Part shown: positions 1 through 11,061 of the stretch, one piece after another
How the letters are laid out: each line of letters starts with the position of its first letter
How positions within the stretch are numbered: position 1 is the first letter of the stretch
Source of the DNA: Deinococcus radiodurans R1 = ATCC 13939 = DSM 20539
GTDB lineage: Bacteria > Deinococcota > Deinococci > Deinococcales > Deinococcaceae
Length of the DNA: 32,000 bases
Assembly: GCF_000008565.1 (NCBI RefSeq)
Contig: NC_000958.1
Span: 103,431-135,430 of the forward strand
Reading direction: 5' to 3'
The notes under the pieces: generated by a model
What the model was told of the DNA's origin: nothing
What the model saw: the letters and a program-made list of their open reading frames with translations, nothing else
The model's database searches: none
Translations under genes and position numbers: made by a program

Positions 1-492
<492 letters not shown>

Positions 493-502
493 GGCGTTTA
501 TG

Positions 503-904
503 TCAGTTCTCGTTACGAAGAGAAATTCCTGTCCAAATGGCTGCTCCACACATGACTATGAAAGGGAAAATGAATTGTCTTACATCTAAACTCTTTGCCA
601 AAGCCATTAACAGTAGGCCTACCAAAATTAGTAGAACCACTCCAGTCATGATAATAGCAACTTGTGCCTTCCGGGTTGGAGCCATTACATGAGCTACGAA
701 AACCGGTGCTGCACCCGACGCTGCATTTGCAACAAGGAAAATCCACCAGCTTGGTGTGCTTACCCCGCCTGGGCCAGTAAGTTTGGCAAGAAAGGAAACA
801 ACTACATAAGCAACTAGAGAGCTTAAAAGTGCAATTGGAAGAAGTAAAACCCATCGTATTACGTCGGCAGGAGACCTCTCTTGCATGATGAGAAATCTTA
901 CCAT
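503..904 (-). CDS. hypothetical small membrane protein (133 aa, about 4 hydrophobic segments) in an AT-rich island
   Basis: Only long ORF in the AT-rich stretch 493-935. It lies antisense to the kdp genes and has hydrophobic runs [41 protein letters not shown] and [20 protein letters not shown] recognise no family. Confidence 0.55.
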
Positions 905-938
905 TTGTCACAATCTTGTGTTCTGCAAAGGAATCCTC

Positions 939-1019
939 ATGGACATCCTGCTTCCCCTGCTGCTGGTCGTCTTTTTCGCCCTCTGCGCCGCTTACCTCAG
1001 AGGCATGGACAACCTATGA
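939..1019 (+). CDS. candidate 26-codon hydrophobic micro-ORF ([26 protein letters not shown]) coupled to kdpF
   Basis: ATG at 939 preceded by AAAGGA (927-932). Its TGA (1017-1019) overlaps the kdpF ATG (1016-1018) as ATGA. It encodes a single TM-like helix and is below the ORF-track size cutoff. Confidence 0.3.
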
Positions 1020-1096
1020 TTCTCGCCCTCGCTCTGATTTCGCTGGCCCTGTTCGTCTACCTGCTGTACTCGCTGCTGCGCCCGGAGGACTTTTAA
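1016..1096 (+). CDS. kdpF: K+-transporting ATPase small subunit KdpF (26 aa)
   Basis: [26 protein letters not shown] is a typical KdpF-type single-TM peptide. Its stop lies 2 nt before the kdpA ATG. Confidence 0.8.
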
Positions 1097-1098
1097 CC

Positions 1099-2805
<1,707 letters not shown>

Positions 2806-2884
2806 CCCCTCACCCTTCCGCCGCTGGCGCGGCTCCCTCCCTCTCCCAAGGGGAGAGGGCCCTTGCAAAGCGAGGGGTGAGGGG
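2806..2884. repeat. nested palindromic (REP/SNR-like) element, possible kdpA-kdpC intercistronic hairpin
   Basis: The outer arms CCCCTCACCC (2806-2815) and GGGTGAGGGG (2875-2884) are complementary. The inner arms CCCTCTCCC (2839-2847) and GGGAGAGGG (2851-2859) flank an AAG loop. Confidence 0.6.
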
Positions 2885-2935
2885 TCTTTGATCGCCCACC
2901 CACACCGCTAAAACCACCTCCAAGGAGTAATCAAA

Positions 2936-3589
2936 ATGACCACCCCTAATGCCAACCTCCAGAACTCCGCCCCCCTCCCTGCCGAGCGCCCCACGCCGCT
3001 GCCCCGGCTGCTGCTCAGTGCACTGCTGGCCGCCGTGCTGTTCATGCTGGTGTGCGGCCTGGCCTATCCGCTGCTGACCACCGTGGTCGCGGGCGCCGCT
3101 TTCCCCAATCAGGCGGGCGGCAGCCTGGTGACCCGGAACGGCCAGGTGGTCGGCTCGGCGGTGCTGGGCCAGAACTTCACTGCGCCGCGCTACCTGCATG
3201 GCCGCCCCTCCATGACGAGCAAGACCGACGGCAGCGGCCCCGAGCCCTACAACGCCGAGAACTCCGGCGCCAGCAACTGGGGCCCCACCAACGCCAAGTT
3301 GCAGGGCGCGGTGCAAGGGCGCATCGCCGCCTTCCGCCAGGAAAACGGCCTGGGCGCGGACGTGCCGGTGCCGATAGACGCCGTGACCGCCTCGGCCAGC
3401 GGCCTGGACCCCGACGTGACGCTGGCGACGGCACTTTTGCAGGTGAACCGGATTGCTCAGGCGCGGGGCATGCAGCCCGCCGGGGTGGAAAAGGTCATCC
3501 GAGCCCACCTGAAAGGCCGTGATCTGGGACTGCTGGGCGAGCCGCGCGTGAATGTGCTGGCGGTGAATTTGAGCCTGGACGGGCAGTAA
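2936..3589 (+). CDS. kdpC: K+-transporting ATPase subunit KdpC (217 aa)
   Basis: AAGGAG RBS upstream. N-terminal TM helix, then [10 protein letters not shown]...[17 protein letters not shown]...[11 protein letters not shown]...[19 protein letters not shown], the KdpC signature. Confidence 0.9.
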
Positions 3590-3594
3590 ACACG

Positions 3595-4692
3595 ATGTCC
3601 GAACCCATCCGCCTGACCCTCCCCCGCGACTCGCAGTCGCCACAGCCTGAGCGCGGCACCCACCGCATTTTCATCGGCATGGCGGCGGGCGTGGGCAAGA
3701 CCTACCGCGCCCTGAACGAGCTGCGTGAGCGGCTGGAACGCGGCGAGGACGCGCTGGTCGGCGTGCTGGAAACCCACGGGCGGCGCGAAACCCTGCAGGC
3801 CGCCGAGGGCCTGCCCGTTTTTCCCCGGCGCGAGATCGTGCATGGCAACGTGACCCTGAGCGAACTCGACGTGGAGGGCCTGATTGCCCGCAACCCCTTC
3901 ATCGTCCTGATTGACGAACTGGCCCACACCAACGCGCCCGGCAGCCCGCACGAGAAGCGCTGGCAGGATGTGGAAGCGCTGCGCGACGCCGGCATTCACG
4001 TCCTGTCCACCATGAACGTGCAGCACCTCGAATCGCTGAACGACACGGTGGCGCGCCTGACCGGGGTGCGGGTACGCGAGCGGGTGCCGGATTTCGTGCT
4101 GCATGACGCCGACGAACTGGTTCTGATTGACCTGCCGCCCGAGGACCTGCGTGAGCGGTTGCGGGCCGGGAAAATCTACGCGCCCGAGAAAGTGGAGCAG
4201 GCGCTGGGCAACTTTTTCACTCTGCCCAACCTGACCGCGCTGCGCGAAATTGCGCTGCGGCATGTAGCGCAGGCGGTGGAGCTGGAGGTGCCCGAGGGCC
4301 AGCCCGCCGCGCACGAGGTGGTCGTGGTGGCGATGGCGGCGGAGGGCACGGCGGCCCGCCTGATTCGCCGGGGTGGGCAACTCGCCGAGCGCCTGCGCGG
4401 TGAGCTGCACGTGGTCACGGTGCGCCCGGCCCGCCTGACGCCCGAGGCCTCGCGGATGCTCGACACCTGCCGCGAAATCACCGAGGCCCTCGGCGGAGGA
4501 TTCCGGGTGCTGGACAACGTCGGGACGGTGGGCGCCACACTGGTCGCCTACGCCCGCGCCGTTCACGCCACCCAGATCGTGATGGGGGAGACCAGCCGCA
4601 GCCGCTGGGCCGAGCTGTTGCGCGGCGACATCATCAAGTACGTGCTGCGCGGGACGCAGGGCATGGACGTTCATGTCATCAGCCGGGATTAG
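3595..4692 (+). CDS. kdpD: truncated KdpD: N-terminal KdpD sensor domain plus USP-like domain only (365 aa, no TM or histidine kinase part)
   Basis: RIFIGMAAGVGKTYRAL (Walker-A-like), LIDELAHTNAPGS.HEKRWQDVE.L...GI.V.STMNVQHLESLND and PNLTALREIALR match the KdpD N-terminal domain. The C-terminal part resembles USP. The ORF ends at 4692 with no H-box or ATPase domain. Confidence 0.85.
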   Translation: MSEPIRLTLPRDSQSPQPERGTHRIFIGMAAGVGKTYRALNELRERLERGEDALVGVLETHGRRETLQAAEGLPVFPRREIVHGNVTLSELDVEGLIARNPFIVLIDELAHTNAPGSPHEKRWQDVEALRDAGIHVLSTMNVQHLESLNDTVARLTGVRVRERVPDFVLHDADELVLIDLPPEDLRERLRAGKIYAPEKVEQALGNFFTLPNLTALREIALRHVAQAVELEVPEGQPAAHEVVVVAMAAEGTAARLIRRGGQLAERLRGELHVVTVRPARLTPEASRMLDTCREITEALGGGFRVLDNVGTVGATLVAYARAVHATQIVMGETSRSRWAELLRGDIIKYVLRGTQGMDVHVISRD

Positions 4693-4903
4693 CATTTATG
4701 TCAGGAGGTGGCCTGTATTCGCCAATGGGCCATCCAGATGGAGGAGTCGCGCTATTCAGACTGCGGTCAAAATGCCGACGAACTGAACGTTTACCCTGTT
4801 GGATGAAGGCAGGCGCGTATCGGCTCCGCGCTGCATGAAAGTCGTCTCAAGCCGTCCGCTTCATTTCTGACCCCGCCGAAACCCACCATGTGTACAGTGG
4901 ACT

Positions 4904-6454
4904 ATGTTGTCCCGCCGTGTTCTGCTGACCATGGGCCTGACTCTGGCCTCTGCCTTCCCGACTGGGCTCGCTCAGAGGCCCCAGCCACAGACGGCTCAGG
5001 CGCAGGCGGACCTCGAAGCGATAAGCACCGCCTACACGATGTACCTCAGCGCCACGTTCATCCGGGACAGCTGCGTGAAACGCGACCCGGCCAGCGCCGT
5101 CAGGGTCAACCAAAGCTACGCGGCGTGGCTTGCGGCCCAAAACCTCGGCACGTTCGAGGCGCAGCTCGGTAAAAAGTTCGGGACTGATCAGGTCAAAGCG
5201 CTGCGCCAGGAGATAAGCGGCCAGCTGGCGGTCTTGGATACCGCGCTGCAAAAGCTGGGGCCGGCCAGTCAGGCCTGCCCGGCCTTGGCAACCCAGTTTT
5301 CATCCGATACCTTCGATGTGCGAAAGAAGGTGCCCAACCTCGCGGCGCTGCTCACTGTAGGTAGAGGGCCAAGCGGAACAACGGCGGCCAGTGGAAGTGG
5401 TAGCAGCGCCGGGGCCAGCGTCACCGTTTACAGCGTGGCGCAACTCTCTTCGCTCATGGCCCAAACGGTCGCGCCGCTGCGGAGCGCCGGAACCCGTGCT
5501 CAGGAGGCTGCCGGCCTGAAAAAATTGCAAACGCTGGGCAAGGTGATCGTGGTGAGCGGCACGACCAAGCGCAGGCGCTCCATCACGCAGGCCGACGACC
5601 GCCGCGAAGTCAGGTACGACGTGTATTGCTACGACATGCACAACGACGCCGCCGATCCGCCCCAGGGGCAAGTCACGGTGGCTGGGCGGATTCGTGAGTT
5701 CGACGCCAGCCTGGGTGTCGTGCTGGAAGACTGCGTGGTTTTGAGCGCCGGCCAGAGCGCCCAGTTCAAAAAATCTACCCTGGCCGTCGTGGACGCGGCG
5801 TGGCAGTTCAAGTCCCAGCCCTACGAGAAGTTTCTGGTGCCTGCCGGCCAGGGCCTGAAAGACAGCGAGATTCTGGGCGCGTACATGGAGCAATCCAGCG
5901 CCGTTGGCGTCGGGGGGATGACGATCACCACCTATCCTGTCTCGCTGTTTCTGAAAGACGGCACCGTGTTCAATGATCCTTATTGGGCGCCCACGTCGTT
6001 CAACTTCAAGCTCTCGCGGCAGCTTGAGCCGCAGAAATGGGGCAAGTGGACCCGCCAGGGCAACAATTTCACGATCAAATGGAGCGACGGCAGAACTGAC
6101 ACCTTCATCGTCAAGGGCGCGCCCAAGGCCCTACCCGCCGGCACGCGGTTGTCGGGGACATTCGAGACCATCTCCGGCGGCGGCACCACCTCGCTAGGCG
6201 GCGACACCATTGTGGTGAGCAGCGGCACGTATACCTTCCGGCCAGACGGCACGTTCACGGGCGGCAGCTTCGGCGGCGGTGGTGACTCGTCAGTCACTGT
6301 CGGCAGCAGCAGGGCAAGCGGCGGCACCTACAGTGTCAGTGGCTACGGCATCACCCTCAGGGGCTCGGCCAGTCAGGAACGCCGGCTGTTCTTTGCCCGC
6401 TACAACGACGACATGCTGTACATTGGCAGCTCGACTTACACCCGCGACCGCTGA
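4904..6454 (+). CDS. hypothetical secreted protein (516 aa) with Gly/Ser/Thr-rich C-terminal beta-type repeats
   Basis: Signal-like N-terminus MLSRRVLLTMGLTLASAFPTGLAQ. Long clean ORF in the coding frame. No family recognised. Confidence 0.65.
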   Translation: MLSRRVLLTMGLTLASAFPTGLAQRPQPQTAQAQADLEAISTAYTMYLSATFIRDSCVKRDPASAVRVNQSYAAWLAAQNLGTFEAQLGKKFGTDQVKALRQEISGQLAVLDTALQKLGPASQACPALATQFSSDTFDVRKKVPNLAALLTVGRGPSGTTAASGSGSSAGASVTVYSVAQLSSLMAQTVAPLRSAGTRAQEAAGLKKLQTLGKVIVVSGTTKRRRSITQADDRREVRYDVYCYDMHNDAADPPQGQVTVAGRIREFDASLGVVLEDCVVLSAGQSAQFKKSTLAVVDAAWQFKSQPYEKFLVPAGQGLKDSEILGAYMEQSSAVGVGGMTITTYPVSLFLKDGTVFNDPYWAPTSFNFKLSRQLEPQKWGKWTRQGNNFTIKWSDGRTDTFIVKGAPKALPAGTRLSGTFETISGGGTTSLGGDTIVVSSGTYTFRPDGTFTGGSFGGGGDSSVTVGSSRASGGTYSVSGYGITLRGSASQERRLFFARYNDDMLYIGSSTYTRDR

Positions 6455-6572
6455 GCACCCGCTCGGGCTGCCCTGCACCAGTACCGCCACGTTGGTCAGC
6501 CACGCGCTGGGAGCATCTTCTCGGAATGGTCGGGCGCATGTTGAGTGTTGGTCTGGCCTCTGAAATGGGAAC

Positions 6573-6599
6573 GGGCCTGGCTTGAATTTTTGCAGGCCC
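6573..6599. terminator. possible bidirectional hairpin between convergent genes
   Basis: GGGCCTG (6573-6579) and CAGGCCC (6593-6599) pair around a T-rich 13-nt loop. The large loop makes this weak. Confidence 0.3.
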
Positions 6600-6607
6600 T
6601 GCTTTCG

Positions 6608-7963
6608 TCAGGTCCTGAACGGCTCTCTGGCGCGTGAGGCTGCGCAGGTCGTGTTCTTGGTGGGCTGGGGGCGCGGCAAGTCCACCGTGACACACAACCC
6701 ACGGGGCCGCGTCGCCTCGAACAGGACGGTGCCGCCATGTAGCTGCACAATCCGGTCCACGATGGCGAGCCCCAGACCGTTGCCCTCACCGCTGCGGGCG
6801 GCGTCCACCTGATAAAAGGGCTCGGTCAGGCGGGGCAGGGCTTCGGCGGGCACCCCCGGCCCTGCGTCCTGAACGGTCAGCCTCACGCGGTCGGGTTCGC
6901 CCCACACCCGCACCGTCATGTCCGCTCCCTGGCCGTAGCGCCTGCCGTTGCCGATGAGGTTTTCGAGCAGCCGGGTCAGCAGCGCTTCGTCTCCGGGAAT
7001 GAGCGTGTCTCCCCAGGTCTCGAAGTCCAGCCGCACGTCCGGCGCCGTCTCGCGCGCGCGGTCAACCGCTTCTCCGGCGAGATCAGCGAGGTCCACGGGC
7101 CGCAGATGCACCGTCCGGGTGCCGCGCGCGAGCAGCAGCAGATGGTCGGTGAGGCGCTGCATCCGGTCCACGTCGGCCAGGGCTTCACGCATGTTCTCGC
7201 GCAGTTCCGCCTCGCTGCGCGGCGTGGCGAGCGACCCTTGCAGACGCACCTTGAGGGCCGCCAGCGGGGAGCGCAAGTCGTGGGCGGCGGCGCGGGTGAA
7301 CTCTTCCTCGCGCTCACGCACGTCGGCGAGTTGCGTAAAAGAAGTTTGCAACGTATCGGCAAGTCGTCCCAGTTCGTCGCTGCGGCCTGCGCCGGGCAGG
7401 GGAAGCCGCAGGTTGTTGCCCTGCCCGAGCCGCGCCGCCGCCGCCTGCAAGCGGGCCACCGGGCGCAGCAGCCGGCCCGCCAGCGCAGAGCTGAGCAGGG
7501 CCACCAGCAAGGCGGCGGCAGGCACCGTCACCGCCAGCGCCCGCAGGTAGGCGCGCAGTGGGTCCACCACCCCCAGCACATCGCTGGCGATTTGGGCGGT
7601 CGCGGGCTGGCCGCGCAGAACGAGAGGAGCGACGAGCACCTGATGCCCGGCGCGCGGCGCGTACCCGGCGGGCAGCGTCAGCGGCAGGGCCGGAAACTCG
7701 TCGGTTACGGCCACCACCTGGCCTCCCTGAACCACGCGCGCGTCCACGTTGCGCGGCAAAGAGGTGATGACCAGCGGCGGCCTGGCTGTCAGTGGCCGGT
7801 GGTCGAGTTCCGCCGTCAGTCGCGGCATCAGCCCTTCGAGCCGCTGGGACTCGGAGGCCACCAGAAAGGAACGCAGCGCCAGAAACTGCACGGCCGCCAC
7901 CACCAAAACGATGATGGCCGTTTGCAGCGCCACGCCCAGCGCCAGACGGGTGCGGATGGTCAT
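6608..7963 (-). CDS. sensor histidine kinase (451 aa; 2 TM, HAMP, HisKA, HATPase_c)
   Basis: H-box [17 protein letters not shown] and G boxes [12 protein letters not shown] and QDAGPGVP...GNGLGLAIV. Overlaps the upstream regulator gene by ATGA. Confidence 0.9.
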   Translation of the reverse strand: MTIRTRLALGVALQTAIIVLVVAAVQFLALRSFLVASESQRLEGLMPRLTAELDHRPLTARPPLVITSLPRNVDARVVQGGQVVAVTDEFPALPLTLPAGYAPRAGHQVLVAPLVLRGQPATAQIASDVLGVVDPLRAYLRALAVTVPAAALLVALLSSALAGRLLRPVARLQAAAARLGQGNNLRLPLPGAGRSDELGRLADTLQTSFTQLADVREREEEFTRAAAHDLRSPLAALKVRLQGSLATPRSEAELRENMREALADVDRMQRLTDHLLLLARGTRTVHLRPVDLADLAGEAVDRARETAPDVRLDFETWGDTLIPGDEALLTRLLENLIGNGRRYGQGADMTVRVWGEPDRVRLTVQDAGPGVPAEALPRLTEPFYQVDAARSGEGNGLGLAIVDRIVQLHGGTVLFEATRPRGLCVTVDLPRPQPTKNTTCAASRAREPFRT

Positions 7964-8619
7964 GGCACCCGGTAGCCCAGACCGCGCGAACTCTGCACGG
8001 CCTCCGGCGCGAGCTTGCGCCGCAGGTAGCTCACGTAGACATCCACCACCCGCATGTCCCCGCTGAACTCCGGTCCCCAGACTTTCGTGAGCAGTTCCTC
8101 GCGGGTAAACCAGCGCTCCCTGGAAAGCGTAAGCGCTTCAAGCAAGGCGTACTCGCGCGCCGTCAGCCCGGTCAGTTCGCCTTGCCACCACACCTGACGC
8201 CCACTGGTGTCGAGGCGGCCCTGTCCTCCCGCGAATTCGATACGGGCGCTGCACATGGCCGCGCGGCGGCGCACCACAGCCCGCAAGACCGCCAGCAACT
8301 CGGGCAGCTCGAAGGGCTTGACGAGGTAAGCGTCGCCGCCGAGGTCCAGCCCTTCCACCCGGTCTGCGAGGTCGCTGCGCGCGGTCAGGAAGACGATAGG
8401 CACCTCCGCGCCCCCCGCCCGCAGCTCGCGCGCCAGCTCGAAGCCGCCCAGCCCCGGCAGCATCACGTCGAGCAGCAGCGCGTCGAAGGCCCCGGCCCGC
8501 GCCGCCGCCAGCCCCCGCACGCCGTCGGGCTCCCACGCCGCCTCGTGCCCCGCTTCTTCCAGCGCCCTCACCGTAGGCAGGGCAATGCGGGGGTCGTCTT
8601 CCACCAGCAGCAGCCGCAC
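7960..8619 (-). CDS. OmpR/PhoB-family response regulator (219 aa, GTG start)
   Basis: [10 protein letters not shown]...[15 protein letters not shown]...LTAR...GDAYLVKPF receiver domain, then the winged-helix [12 protein letters not shown]...[13 protein letters not shown]. Confidence 0.9.
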   Translation of the reverse strand: MRLLLVEDDPRIALPTVRALEEAGHEAAWEPDGVRGLAAARAGAFDALLLDVMLPGLGGFELARELRAGGAEVPIVFLTARSDLADRVEGLDLGGDAYLVKPFELPELLAVLRAVVRRRAAMCSARIEFAGGQGRLDTSGRQVWWQGELTGLTAREYALLEALTLSRERWFTREELLTKVWGPEFSGDMRVVDVYVSYLRRKLAPEAVQSSRGLGYRVP

Positions 8620-8818
8620 CGCCTTATCGTCCTCCGGAAAGTGGGTTCACGCTGGGCATCCCTCATCCTAGCGAGCAGGGGCCGGAGCACCGTAAGGACC
8701 GGCACGCACTCGGCCCGTTGAGCAGACCTTTAGGAGGGCATTTTTCTTGCACTCGCCTAACATGCGCTTCCTATCGTCGGACGCAGGTGCCGACCCGGCA
8801 CGATGATAAGGAGAAAAC

Positions 8819-9544
8819 ATGCGTCATTCTGTGAAAACTGTTGTGGTCGTTTCCAGCCTGCTCCTCGGTACGGCCCTGGCCGGAGGCGCCGGCGCCCAGT
8901 CCGCGGGCAATGGCGTGCCGTCCACCAACGTCAATACGCCCGCCCCCAACACCGGGCAATCCACCGCGCAGAACACCAACACCGCTTCGCCGCTGCCCTA
9001 CAACCGCGCGACCACGCTGCCGGCGGCGGGCACCGAAGACCTCAAAAAGAGCGTCCAGGCGCTGCAAAACACCTTGACCGAGCTGCAAGCCCTGCAACTC
9101 CAGACCAAGCAGGCGCACTGGAACGTGTCGGGCACACTGTGGTACACGCTGCACGAACTGCTGCAAGACCACTACGAGGGCATCAGCAAGTTTGCCGACG
9201 ACGTGGCCGAGCGTCAACTGTCAGTCGGGGCGTCGAGCGACGGGCGGGCCATCACCATCGTGGCGGCGTCGCGCCTGCCGGAAATTCCGGGCGGCTTCCT
9301 CGACGACGCGCAGGTCATCCAGTTCTTCACCTACCAGTACGAAACGGTCGGCCAGCGCATCCACCAGCGCGTCGGCGACGTGGAAAAGGTGGACCCCACC
9401 ACCGCCAACCTGCTTCAGGAAGTTGAGCACATCATCGAGAAGTACCAGTGGCAGATGCGCGCCTTCTTGCAGAACACGCCGACCGACCCCAACACCGGCT
9501 TCGACATCAACAACGGCAAGCCCGTGCCGCTGCGTGGCCGCTGA
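8819..9544 (+). CDS. dps: Dps-family ferritin-like DNA-binding protein with N-terminal signal-like peptide (241 aa)
   Basis: AAGGAG RBS upstream. LQLQTKQAHWNVSG..W..LHELL.DHYE......D.VAER matches the Dps ferroxidase-centre helices. N-terminus is MRHSVKTVVVVSSLLLGTALAGGAGAQS. Confidence 0.9.
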   Translation: MRHSVKTVVVVSSLLLGTALAGGAGAQSAGNGVPSTNVNTPAPNTGQSTAQNTNTASPLPYNRATTLPAAGTEDLKKSVQALQNTLTELQALQLQTKQAHWNVSGTLWYTLHELLQDHYEGISKFADDVAERQLSVGASSDGRAITIVAASRLPEIPGGFLDDAQVIQFFTYQYETVGQRIHQRVGDVEKVDPTTANLLQEVEHIIEKYQWQMRAFLQNTPTDPNTGFDINNGKPVPLRGR

Positions 9545-9602
9545 GCCGAGCATCACCGAGAAGGGTCGTTTGCTGAAGCTGTAAGCGACAGAAACTGAAA
9601 AT

Positions 9603-9640
9603 GCGCCCGGTCAACAGTGCCGGGCGTGTTTTTGCTTTTG
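9603..9640 (+). terminator. intrinsic terminator after dps
   Basis: CGCCCGG (9604-9610) pairs with CCGGGCG (9620-9626), followed by TGTTTTTGCTTTTG. The A-rich upstream flank could allow bidirectional use. Confidence 0.7.
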
Positions 9641-9726
9641 GAGGGACTGGTTGTGGCTGTATCTCTCATCAGGAGGTGAAGCCGCGCTCTTTGGAGCTTC
9701 GGCCTGACCTCTCGCGCCTAAAACCC

Positions 9727-10821
9727 TCACTCTACCGGCACCGGCAAGACGGCGCGGTTTCGTCCTCCATCTTTGGCCTGATAGAGCCGGCTATCCGCCA
9801 TTGCGATGACCGCTTCCAGGCTGGGCGCCTCGGCGAAGGTGGCGCCCCCCGCGCTGATGGTCAGGGGCGGAAGATGGTCTACCCGCAGCGTGCGGATGGT
9901 GTGCAGCAGTTGCTCGGTGACCTGCTGGTGTTCGCGGGCGCTCTGGCACGGCAACACCATCACAAATTCTTCGCCGCCCCAGCGACCGATAAGTGCATGT
10001 TCTGAGGCGGCGGCCCGCAGCGTCACGCCGATCATTTGCAGCGCCTGGTCGCCGGTCAGGTGTCCGTAGGAGTCGTTGACGCCCTTGAAGTGGTCGACAT
10101 CCACCATCAGCAGCAGGGTTTGCTCCGGCGACGAGGTGCGCCAGAGCGTCCCGAGTTTCTTTTCCAGCCCCCGGCGGCTGAGGGTGCCGGTCAGGGCGTC
10201 CCAAGCGAGCTGACCTTCGAGGTAGGCGCTGCGGACCTGTTCCTCGTTGACATAGTGGCTGTAGCGGGCGGCGAACGCGGCGGTGCCCAGGCCCACGGCG
10301 AGCAGCCCCAGCTCCGTCGGCACGCGGACATTTGCATTCACGGCGCTGGCGACGGTCAGGACATACAGCAGAGCCGAAAACGGCGCCGCGAGCCGGGTCG
10401 GCAAAATGGCAAACAGCACCATACCGAGAATCTGGACTTCGAGCAGCACGATGCTGCCGGTCCATGAATGTTCCAGCAGGTCCTGCACGATGTCGGCGGC
10501 GATGCGCCCACTCAGGGTCAGCACCGCCAGCCTGCAGACCAGCGACATGGGACTGGGCAGACGCCAGTTGACGATAAAAATAGCGATGACCAGCGCAATC
10601 CCGCCGCTTCCCACCAGCAGTTGAAACTCGTCGTGTTTGCGCCAGGACCGGATGAAGGCCAGCAGTTGAACGGCCAGTGCCCCCAGGGCCAGCACGGACA
10701 CCAGCCAGCGCTGGCCCGAGTTGCCGCGCGTTTGGGAAGAGGGGGCTTGCGAAGTCACGAGCGGCAACGTAACCGACTGAGGGTCACAAGTTCTTGAAAT
10801 CGGAGTCTCACTCAGGAACAT
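9727..10821 (-). CDS. membrane-anchored diguanylate cyclase (GGDEF), 364 aa
   Basis: C-terminal DALTGTLSRRGL...VDVDHFKGVNDSYGHLTGDQAL...RWGGEEFVMVL...ISAGGA...ADSRLYQAKDGGRN. N-terminal half has 5-6 hydrophobic helices. The start codon is uncertain. Confidence 0.85.
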   Translation of the reverse strand: MFLSETPISRTCDPQSVTLPLVTSQAPSSQTRGNSGQRWLVSVLALGALAVQLLAFIRSWRKHDEFQLLVGSGGIALVIAIFIVNWRLPSPMSLVCRLAVLTLSGRIAADIVQDLLEHSWTGSIVLLEVQILGMVLFAILPTRLAAPFSALLYVLTVASAVNANVRVPTELGLLAVGLGTAAFAARYSHYVNEEQVRSAYLEGQLAWDALTGTLSRRGLEKKLGTLWRTSSPEQTLLLMVDVDHFKGVNDSYGHLTGDQALQMIGVTLRAAASEHALIGRWGGEEFVMVLPCQSAREHQQVTEQLLHTIRTLRVDHLPPLTISAGGATFAEAPSLEAVIAMADSRLYQAKDGGRNRAVLPVPVE

Positions 10822-11061
10822 TAAGGTCTCACGTCGCTTGATTCTGGCAACTGAATGTCAATGAGAGGAAGAAGCCGCTAGGCAAGCTCAAGTTGCTGCC
10901 CACGCTCCCGAGGTTGAAGTCAGCGTAACAGGCGACAAGAGCCACTGAAGGCGCTGCGGCACCTGGCCTAGCCGCGCCGCCCATTTGACTGATGCTCTGG
11001 CCTGGCTGCGCCCGCTAGGCTGCCTCAGGGCTAGGCCGAAGCCTGCCCGGGAGACCCCATC

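Noticed and set aside
916-1098. N-terminal extension of the kdpA ORF starting at 916.
   Set aside because: This extension runs through the kdpF region in another frame and gives a Cys/Ser/Pro-rich non-KdpA sequence. The KdpA homology starts at the ATG at 1099.
8620-8818. Possible dps promoter (TTGCAC ... TATCGT) in the divergent regulator/dps spacer.
   Set aside because: The spacer length (about 19 nt) and the -10 match are poor. This is not enough to call a promoter.
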